Origin: Candidatus Staskawiczbacteria bacterium
Lineage (GTDB): Bacteria > Patescibacteriota > Minisyncoccia > Minisyncoccales > Staskawiczbacteraceae
NCBI GenBank assembly: GCA_026395295.1
Contig: JAPLYZ010000007.1
Location: forward strand, 66,518 to 130,517
Direction of reading: 5' to 3'
Length of the DNA stretch: 64,000 nucleotides
Shown: positions 56,689-64,000 of the stretch, piece by piece
Layout: each line of letters begins with the position of its first letter
Numbering within the stretch: the first letter of the stretch is position 1
Notes under the pieces: model-generated
Seen by the model: only the letters and a program-made list of their open reading frames with translations
Told to the model about the DNA's origin: nothing
Databases searched by the model: none
Translations under genes and position numbers: made by a program

Positions 56689-57891
56689 TTACCTTGTCAA
56701 GCTTTCAACAGCTTCTCTGGCTATTTTTCTGTCGTCCCAAGGAATTTTCTTACCATTTTCTATACACATCCATGGCTCTGACCCTTTTCCGGTTATCACA
56801 ACAACATCCCCTGGCTTAGCCAGCTTTATAGCTTTTTTAATCGCCTCCCTGCGATCTAAGATTATTTGGTGTCTGGAATTTGCCCCGTCAGCCGACAGGG
56901 CGCTTTCTATCTCTTTAATGATAGAAAGCGGGTTTTCGTCGTATGGGTCTTCATTGGTGATTATAATTTTTTTGCAATATTTCTCTGCAATCTGGCCTAA
57001 TATTGGCCTCTTCCATTTGTCCCTTCCTCCTCCACAACTCCCTAAAACACAAATCAAATTTTTGCCTTGGAAAGTTTTATAAACCGCCTCAAGCTGAGCC
57101 GGCGTATGAGCATAATCCACAACAACCCCAAATGGTTCTTTTGCTACAACTTCCATTCTTCCGGAAATCACTTTCGCTTTTTCCAAGGCGCGCTTGCAGG
57201 TTTCCAAATCAATGCCATAGGCTTTTGCAACCGTAATTGCGGCCAAAGCGTTTAAAACATTGAAATCCCCAAGTAAATTTAATCTTAGCCCAACTTTTTC
57301 TGCATCTTTTGCCGAAAATCCAATTTTTTGTTTTGCCGGAATGTTCCAAAAGTATTTTGAATTTTCGTCATCGGTGTTTATAACATGAATATTTTTTGTG
57401 GCGTGAAACAATTTTAGCTTTTCGTTTCTATAATTTTCAAAACCGCCATGGCTCTCAATGTGCTCGGGGGTTAAATTGGTAAAAACAACCGCGTCAAAAT
57501 TTATAAACTTATGGCGAAATTGCCTGATGCCTTCTGATGTAACTTCCAAAACAACATATTTACAGCCGGCAGTTTTCGCCTGCCTTAAAAATTTCCGAAC
57601 CACAAATCTGCCGGGCATTGTCATTTTATATTTATTCTCCCATTCTTTTTCGCCAACCTTAAACCTTATTGAAGACGCCGAAGCCACCTTGCTTCCAGAC
57701 TCTTCTAAAATTCTGGTAATAAAATCAACTGTTGTAGATTTTCCGCTGGTGCCGGTAACTCCAATTATTTTCAGCGATTTGTCCATGCCAGGGAAACCAA
57801 AAAGCACAGCTCCCAAAAAAGCCAAACAAAAATGGTAGAACCTCAGCAAAAACTTTGGTATAAATTTTTTAATTACCTCTTTGGCGCTCAT
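56689..57891 (-). CDS. Mur ligase family protein (MurE/MurF-like)
   Basis: GVTGTSGKSTT P-loop, TNLTPEHIESHG, DYAHTP motif. Confidence 0.65.
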   Translation of the reverse strand: MSAKEVIKKFIPKFLLRFYHFCLAFLGAVLFGFPGMDKSLKIIGVTGTSGKSTTVDFITRILEESGSKVASASSIRFKVGEKEWENKYKMTMPGRFVVRKFLRQAKTAGCKYVVLEVTSEGIRQFRHKFINFDAVVFTNLTPEHIESHGGFENYRNEKLKLFHATKNIHVINTDDENSKYFWNIPAKQKIGFSAKDAEKVGLRLNLLGDFNVLNALAAITVAKAYGIDLETCKRALEKAKVISGRMEVVAKEPFGVVVDYAHTPAQLEAVYKTFQGKNLICVLGSCGGGRDKWKRPILGQIAEKYCKKIIITNEDPYDENPLSIIKEIESALSADGANSRHQIILDRREAIKKAIKLAKPGDVVVITGKGSEPWMCIENGKKIPWDDRKIAREAVESLTR

Positions 57892-57944
57892 ATTGTTAAT
57901 TTATCACAATAAACGAATAAAAAAAAGCCAGTCATATGACCGAC

Positions 57945-58391
57945 CTACGATTTGGCTGAAGCCGACAAATAAAGGAGCCCCTTTTTCAAACCTTTTACCA
58001 CGGAGCCCAGGCTGGCATCAATCAAGTTCTCGGAACATTCTTCTCCACTGCAACGAAGCTGACCGTTAAAAAACGCAACTCTGACCCGAGCAAGAGACTT
58101 GACGTCACCGTTGGAGTGCTCCTCATGAACCCTGCGCTCAACGAGACTCATGCTCGCCACCGCCGGGAAAAAAGGAGCGAGTGTATTTCTCATGGCAATG
58201 TCTATCACCTCAATCAACACCTTGCCGTCGGCGACTCCCCGCACTACTATCGCCTTTTTGCCCTTTGCTTTCACCGCGACTTTCACGACCACCTCCAGCG
58301 AACTTGTCTGTTTCCCCCCGGAAAAAACTCCTACCCCGTGGACGCTGTATCCAATGACCTTAAAAGACTCATACACTGTTTTCATAATCAA
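57945..58391 (-). CDS. hypothetical protein (about 50% GC, compositionally atypical)
   Basis: 148 aa with no recognised motif. Codon usage differs from neighbouring genes. Confidence 0.3.
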   Translation of the reverse strand: MIMKTVYESFKVIGYSVHGVGVFSGGKQTSSLEVVVKVAVKAKGKKAIVVRGVADGKVLIEVIDIAMRNTLAPFFPAVASMSLVERRVHEEHSNGDVKSLARVRVAFFNGQLRCSGEECSENLIDASLGSVVKGLKKGLLYLSASAKS

Positions 58392-58454
58392 TTCTTTCCA
58401 TATCTTTTTTCAAACAACTGCTGTTAATTTACTCTGAACTGGCGCTTTTGTCAA

Positions 58455-59009
58455 TTATTTTCCAAGCAACTTCAAGGCTTGCTTTATTCGTTCCTCCGGG
58501 TCTTTGCTGGAAACTCGGCTTAACGCGTCTTTTGCTTGCTGTTTGGAAAACCCAAGTTGCGTCAACGCGCTTTCGGCTTCGTCAGCTGAACCTTTTTTTT
58601 GCCCCAACATTTTTATTTTCCCCGTTAGCTCCAAAATTATTGTCATAGCTTTTTTAGAACCAATGCCCGGAATGCCCTCAAAAATTTTCTCGTCTTGTTT
58701 TAAAATTCTGTCTTTTATTTTATCTAAAGAACCAAGAGCCGAAATGTCTAGGGCCGACTTTGGCCCCACCCCGCGAATGTCCATTAATGTTTCAAAAAAT
58801 TCCAGCTCGTCGTAGGTAAAAAATCCGTATAAATCTAATGCCTCCTCTTTAACATTCTGAAATGTAAACGCCTTGATTGTCTCGCCAATTTCGGGTAATC
58901 TTAATAAGTTCTGGCGGTTTAGAAAAACCTTGTAGCCAACACCGGCCACTTCCAAAATTATAAACTTATCTTTCTTTAATATGATTTTTCCCTGCAAATA
59001 GCTTATCAT
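58455..59009 (-). CDS. ruvA: Holliday junction DNA helicase RuvA
   Basis: MISYLQGK start, HhH pairs (GVGPKSA; IPGIGSKKA), C-terminal domain III. The ORF track extends spuriously upstream of this start. Confidence 0.8.
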   Translation of the reverse strand: MISYLQGKIILKKDKFIILEVAGVGYKVFLNRQNLLRLPEIGETIKAFTFQNVKEEALDLYGFFTYDELEFFETLMDIRGVGPKSALDISALGSLDKIKDRILKQDEKIFEGIPGIGSKKAMTIILELTGKIKMLGQKKGSADEAESALTQLGFSKQQAKDALSRVSSKDPEERIKQALKLLGK

Positions 59010-59016
59010 TAATATA

Positions 59017-60969
59017 TTGTATATGAAGTTCCAACTAAAATCAAAATTCCACCCCACCGGCGACCAGCCAAAAGCCATAAAACAACTGGTGAAAAATTTA
59101 GAATCTGGAGTAGAAGCCCAGGTGCTTTTAGGCGTAACCGGCAGTGGGAAAACCTTTACTATGGCAAAGGTAATTGAAAAAATGCAAAAACCAACTTTGG
59201 TTATTTCCCCCAACAAAACCTTGGCGGCCCAGCTTTACCAAGAATTCAAAGAGTTTTTTCCCGACAATGCGGTCCACTATTTTGTTTCTTACTACGATTA
59301 CTATCAGCCCGAGGCCTACATCCCGCAATCAGACACATATATAGAGAAGGATGCAAAAATCAATGAAGAAATTGACAGGTTAAGGCATGCGGCGGTCCAA
59401 GACGTTACAACAAGAAAAGATGTTATTGTGGTTGCCTCGGTTTCCTGCATTTACAACATTGGCTCGCCTGAAAACTATGAGAATATCTCGTTGGAAATAA
59501 AATTAAAGCAGGGAATTAAAAGAAAAGATTTTTTAATTTTGTTGAGTAATCTGCAGTACCAAAGAAATGACATTGACTTCAAGCCCGGGTTTTTCCGCGT
59601 TCGCGGAGATATTGTTGAAATTTACATTGTCACTGGCGAAAAAATCCTAAGAATAGAATTTAACGGCAATATAATAGAAAAAATTTCTGAAACAGAACCC
59701 GGCTTAATTTCCAGCTACAAGCTACAAGATAAAAGCTACAAGCTCTTCCCTGCTCATTTCTGGGTAACTCCGCAAGACAAAGTCAACATCGCCATGAATA
59801 ATATAAAATTAGAATTGGACACAAGATTGAAAGAACTGAAAAACCAAAATAAATTACTGGAAGCGGAAAGATTGGAGCAAAAAACAAGCTATGACTTAGA
59901 GATGCTTAAAGAAACCGGCTGGTGCCATGGCATTGAAAATTATTCAAGCCACATGGAATTCAGAAAACCAGGTGAGGCGCCGTTCTCTTTGGTTGATTAT
60001 TTCGGATATTTTAATCCTAAGAACTTTTTGCTTTTTATTGATGAGTCGCACATTTCGGTTTCACAAATTCGGGCTATGTCAGTCCAAGACAGAATAAGAA
60101 AACAAACTTTAATAGACTTTGGATTCCGCCTGCCCTCGGCAATAGACAACAGGCCCTTAACTTTCAGCGAGTTTGAAGAAAGACAAAACCAAACAATTTA
60201 TGTGTCGGCCACTCCGGCCAATTTTGAACGGCAAAAAGCCGGTGAACATATTGCAGAACAGCTGATAAGACCAACCGGTTTGTTGGAGCCGTCAATTGAA
60301 ATCAGAAAAACCGAAAATCAAATTAAAAACTTGGTAGAAGAAATAAAAAAACAAGTTTCTAACAAACACCGAACACTGGTTGTTACCCTAACAAAACGAC
60401 TGGCAGAAGAAATTTCCGACTATTTAATTGAGAAAGGAATCAAAACTCAATACTTGCATTCGGAAGTTAAAACAATGGAACGGCCAGAAATTTTAAAAAA
60501 TCTTAGAGAAGGAAAATATGATGTGCTGGTTGGAATAAATTTGTTAAGAGAGGGCATTGATCTGCCCGAAGTTTCGCTGGTGGCCATATTAGACGCTGAC
60601 AAAGAAGGATTTTTAAGAAATGAAACAACATTGATACAAACAATGGGCAGGGCAGCCCGCCACATAAATGGCAGAATAATTTTGTATGCCGACAAAGAGA
60701 CTCTCTCAATGAAAAACGCCATTAACGAAATAAACAGAAGGAGAAAAATCCAGGAAACCTATAATAAAAAAAATAATATAACTCCTAAAACAATTATTTC
60801 GGGCATACGAGATTGGAGTTTCTCAAAAAAAGAAGAAGTTGCCGATGAGTTCGGCTTTGTGAACGACAAAAAACTTTTAGAAAAAGAAATGAAATTAGCG
60901 GCCAAAAATTTAGACTTTGAACGCGCCGCCGAACTCCGCGACCTAATTGAGAAACTAAAAACAAAGTAG
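59017..60969 (+). CDS. uvrB: excinuclease ABC subunit B
   Basis: GVTGSGKTFT Walker A, beta-hairpin region, C-terminal UVR domain (FERAAELRD). Confidence 0.9.
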   Translation: MYMKFQLKSKFHPTGDQPKAIKQLVKNLESGVEAQVLLGVTGSGKTFTMAKVIEKMQKPTLVISPNKTLAAQLYQEFKEFFPDNAVHYFVSYYDYYQPEAYIPQSDTYIEKDAKINEEIDRLRHAAVQDVTTRKDVIVVASVSCIYNIGSPENYENISLEIKLKQGIKRKDFLILLSNLQYQRNDIDFKPGFFRVRGDIVEIYIVTGEKILRIEFNGNIIEKISETEPGLISSYKLQDKSYKLFPAHFWVTPQDKVNIAMNNIKLELDTRLKELKNQNKLLEAERLEQKTSYDLEMLKETGWCHGIENYSSHMEFRKPGEAPFSLVDYFGYFNPKNFLLFIDESHISVSQIRAMSVQDRIRKQTLIDFGFRLPSAIDNRPLTFSEFEERQNQTIYVSATPANFERQKAGEHIAEQLIRPTGLLEPSIEIRKTENQIKNLVEEIKKQVSNKHRTLVVTLTKRLAEEISDYLIEKGIKTQYLHSEVKTMERPEILKNLREGKYDVLVGINLLREGIDLPEVSLVAILDADKEGFLRNETTLIQTMGRAARHINGRIILYADKETLSMKNAINEINRRRKIQETYNKKNNITPKTIISGIRDWSFSKKEEVADEFGFVNDKKLLEKEMKLAAKNLDFERAAELRDLIEKLKTK

Positions 60970-61033
60970 ACATTTTGTGGTTTCATTTATTAGGAGTATA
61001 ATAAATGAATAGAAATTAACTAAATAAAAAAAT

Positions 61034-61603
61034 ATGGAAAAAATTTCGTCAGGAAAAACAGCCTCTCTAATTTTTAGCTCGGTGGTTTTTTGTTTCGCGG
61101 TTGTCTCTCTTTCCTTTGCCGCGTGGCAAGGACCGCAAGGAGTTCCGCCAGCAAACAATGTTTATGCCCCGATAAACATAAGTGCGAATGCGCAAGGCAA
61201 GCTGGGAAACTTAGGCATTGGCACAGCAAGTCCGCTTGAAGCGCTTCATGTTGTTGGAAATGTGAAAATAGGCGGCGCTAATAAACAATTAATTTTTAAT
61301 TCTTCTTCTGATGTCCCTGCTTGGAATTCAGCGGCAATATCAGCTTATGATGAGGGCGGTAACTATAAAGCTTCACTAAAATTCTTTACTAACTCTGGCG
61401 GAGGAAACACCAATTTGTCGGAAGCAATGAGAATAACCAGCTCTGGCAATGTTGGCATTGGAACAACAACGCCAAGCAAAAAACTTGAAATAGTTGGCGG
61501 ACCAACCAAAACAACCGGCGGGTTAATTATTGAAACAACAACATCAGACCCCGGCGCCCCGGAAACAGGCAGAATGTGGCTAAGAACAGACATCAATAAT
61601 TAA
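61034..61603 (+). CDS. secreted protein with tail-fibre-like G/T/S-rich repeats
   Basis: Signal peptide; repeated GN(V)GIGT(A/T)SP..LE(V/I)VG modules. Confidence 0.4.
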   Translation: MEKISSGKTASLIFSSVVFCFAVVSLSFAAWQGPQGVPPANNVYAPINISANAQGKLGNLGIGTASPLEALHVVGNVKIGGANKQLIFNSSSDVPAWNSAAISAYDEGGNYKASLKFFTNSGGGNTNLSEAMRITSSGNVGIGTTTPSKKLEIVGGPTKTTGGLIIETTTSDPGAPETGRMWLRTDINN

Positions 61604-61625
61604 AAAATTATTAAAACAAAAAACA

Positions 61626-63098
61626 ATGTCCAAAAAAAATAATCTAATTTTATTTATTTTTACAGTTTTCTTTGTTTTTTCTTTTGCCACAATTTCTGCC
61701 CAAATCGCCAATCCGCCATCACCACTCGAGATCCAAAACAGAGCTCGCGAGTCTGGACAAACGAGATTTGCGCAATATGGTAATGAGGTAGAGCAATTTG
61801 GTACACCCCAACAAAAAGCCGCATTAAACATTCCCCAGCCGCCAACAGGTTCTAATTTTCCTAAAGACACGTTCAATTGTTTTGACTACTATCATTTTGG
61901 AAGCGTTCAAACCACATTAACGGCCCAGAGTTTCAATTTTAACCCCGGGGACACTATAACTTTCAGCGGACCAATAACCAACCAAAATGATTATCCAATT
62001 GTAGATGGCCAATTATATATAAAAATTTTGAGAAGCAGGGGAACAACAAAAGACATTAACGGGCCCGATGTTGTTGACCAATTTGTTGCAATTGACAACA
62101 TCACAATACCTACCAAAGGAAAATCGCCTGTTTCTTTTTCGTGGAAAGTTCCAACTTCCTTAAGCGCTGGCGAGTATAAAATAGCCAGCTTTTTTACAGT
62201 TGCTCATAAATTCAATCTTCTGGGTTTGAGTTTCACTAACGATGTAATAGGAAATACTTTTGATTTTAATGTAAGCGGAACAAAATCTAATGTTCAATTT
62301 GACGAGGCAGGGGTTGCAATAAACAATTCTCCATATTTTTTCGCGGCTTTTCCACCAAACATTCCAAGCCAAAACCCCGCAATTGTTTCGGCGAAGATAA
62401 ATAATTCCACAAATAAAGATGAAACCGTTGACATAACGTGGAAATTATACAGCTGGGACAGCGCAGACCCTTCCAACTTAATCAGAACCGCCACAGCAAA
62501 AGCCACCATAAAAGCCAACTCGTCCAATAATGTCCAAATAACTATTCCTGAAAACACTGAGCCGGTTTATTATCTGGTTGGAGAATTAAATTACAAAGAT
62601 TCAAAATCCATTCTTGATATTCGTTTTGTCAGACCCGAAAATGACAAGTTAAGAATAAACTTTCCGTCAATTATGAGCTTCCCGATAAAAAAGGGCGCAA
62701 ACTCCACAATGTTTTCCTGTCTTTACCACTCCGGCAATCCGGGACAATCTGACCTCAACGGGAAGTTAGTTCTTAATCTTGCCAACGCCAGCAAAAAAAC
62801 CATTGCCACATACACCTATGACGGACCAATTACCGGCATGATGGCTGTTAAAAAAGACTTTGTGACAAAAAGCAACCTTGACCATTTCTTCTTAACTGCC
62901 CAAATTTTTCATTCTGACAAATTGGTTGACCAAGCCACATTAGAATACGATTGTAACAAAATTGATTCCAAATTATGCAATCTTAAAAATGAAAGTAATA
63001 TAAATATTTATATAATTATCGGAATAATTATTTTGTTGGCAATAATAATTAGCGCAATTGTTGTGTTTGTCAAAAGGAAACAAAACAGTGAAAAGTAA
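61626..63098 (+). CDS. cell-surface protein (signal peptide + C-terminal TM anchor)
   Basis: N-terminal signal peptide, beta-rich body, C-terminal IIIGIIILLAIIISAIVVFVKRK anchor. Confidence 0.4.
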   Translation: MSKKNNLILFIFTVFFVFSFATISAQIANPPSPLEIQNRARESGQTRFAQYGNEVEQFGTPQQKAALNIPQPPTGSNFPKDTFNCFDYYHFGSVQTTLTAQSFNFNPGDTITFSGPITNQNDYPIVDGQLYIKILRSRGTTKDINGPDVVDQFVAIDNITIPTKGKSPVSFSWKVPTSLSAGEYKIASFFTVAHKFNLLGLSFTNDVIGNTFDFNVSGTKSNVQFDEAGVAINNSPYFFAAFPPNIPSQNPAIVSAKINNSTNKDETVDITWKLYSWDSADPSNLIRTATAKATIKANSSNNVQITIPENTEPVYYLVGELNYKDSKSILDIRFVRPENDKLRINFPSIMSFPIKKGANSTMFSCLYHSGNPGQSDLNGKLVLNLANASKKTIATYTYDGPITGMMAVKKDFVTKSNLDHFFLTAQIFHSDKLVDQATLEYDCNKIDSKLCNLKNESNINIYIIIGIIILLAIIISAIVVFVKRKQNSEK

Positions 63099-64000
63099 AA
63101 ATTATATTTCAATTTTAATAATTGTTTTAATTGCAACCGGATTATCGGCCTCTGTTTGCTTGGCCACCACCTACCCTACCACAAAAAGCCAAGTGTGGAC
63201 TAATACTGACCCTAACGCACTGGCTTTTGCTTGGTGGGGACAATGGCTGGCGGGATTAAATTCAAGAACCGTTAATATAACTTACAGTGTTGGCGTAAAA
63301 AATCTCACAACGGGCGATAACGTCAGCAATGGTGGCACAGTAAATGTAGGAGATCAACTGCTTCTCAGCTTCACGCCTCATGCATATACTGATATTAATT
63401 GGTTCAGTAGCGGATACACTTTTTCCGGATCAACGGGTATACCATATGACAGCCCATTTGGAAAATGGGATAACTTCTGCACTAATATTTATGGAAATTT
63501 AGTGCCGTGCGGAGGATTCTCGGCATGTGGCAATAATGATTTTGTTCAACGTGTCAACACATGTGGTTGCGACATCAACGTGTATGCTTCTCTTGTGATA
63601 GCCCCTCCTACAGAAACTATCACTGACGCCGACAGCTCGGGGGGAATGGTGTGCGGAAATTTAACAACTACTGCAGACGGCGGGACTATGACCTGCACGG
63701 TAACAATCGCCGGCACAATAAATCCGACATTTAATTTTAATTCTACTGTCGGACGGTATTATTATAGCTTCCAAGATTTGGGCGTAGATCCCGATCCCGG
63801 CTACTGGACCTACGCCGCGGATGGTATACACTACTGCAGTCTTAAAATCGGAAAGGGAAAATGTTTTGATAATTATACTGGATATGGCTTCAGTTCATAT
63901 GCTATGGCAGCAATAGGTCATCCGGTTGCTTTCAGCTCTTGTGCGGGCAATAGTTACGTTGGCCTTAATAGATATGATCTTAATGTCCCCGCTCAAACAA
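63088..64000 (+). CDS. secreted Cys-containing protein, partial (runs off window end)
   Basis: GTG start overlapping the previous stop; signal peptide; no stop codon before 64000. Confidence 0.35.
   Translation, partial: MKSKNYISILIIVLIATGLSASVCLATTYPTTKSQVWTNTDPNALAFAWWGQWLAGLNSRTVNITYSVGVKNLTTGDNVSNGGTVNVGDQLLLSFTPHAYTDINWFSSGYTFSGSTGIPYDSPFGKWDNFCTNIYGNLVPCGGFSACGNNDFVQRVNTCGCDINVYASLVIAPPTETITDADSSGGMVCGNLTTTADGGTMTCTVTIAGTINPTFNFNSTVGRYYYSFQDLGVDPDPGYWTYAADGIHYCSLKIGKGKCFDNYTGYGFSSYAMAAIGHPVAFSSCAGNSYVGLNRYDLNVPAQT

Noticed and set aside
1-64000. CRISPR arrays, rRNA genes, transposase or integrase genes
   Set aside because: No spaced direct-repeat arrays, no rRNA-like conserved stretches, and no recognisable transposase or integrase ORF. 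The repeats present are short palindromic or heptameric families instead.

Overview
Low-GC (about 35-40%), gene-dense window, mostly transcribed on the minus strand. It looks like a streamlined bacterial genome of the Candidate Phyla Radiation / Patescibacteria type. Most genes are housekeeping. Six aminoacyl-tRNA synthetases (hisS, leuS, metG, glyQS, ileS, argS). Translation genes pth, infC-rpmI-rplT, smpB plus an adjacent tmRNA, and a possible rpsU. DNA repair and transcription genes mfd (short form), topA, rel, recO, ruvA, uvrB, polX, endonuclease Q, tatD, greA. Also glyA, tsaC, indolepyruvate:ferredoxin oxidoreductase iorAB, an ornithine decarboxylase + homospermidine synthase pair, a type II restriction-modification pair next to a tRNA-Arg, and several secreted or surface proteins. 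RNA genes: tRNA-Leu(CAA), tRNA-Arg(CCG), tmRNA, and one unassigned GC-rich structured-RNA candidate.

The most unusual content is repeat biology. At least four families of short structured repeats occur. Three of them sit in frame inside conserved protein genes: a 21-nt CCCTGAGC..GTCGAAGGG element, 7-nt TTCCAA-type tandem arrays, and a double-hairpin element. The fourth is a 36-nt palindrome. The hairpin families show compensatory base changes between copies. Other points of interest are a tRNA-Leu locus with a duplicated 5' half carrying a 20-nt hairpin in the anticodon loop and an embedded GIY-YIG gene, a GC-rich foreign ORF with its own promoter and terminator, and a fusion of a sigma region-4-like domain with an RNA polymerase alpha-CTD-like domain.
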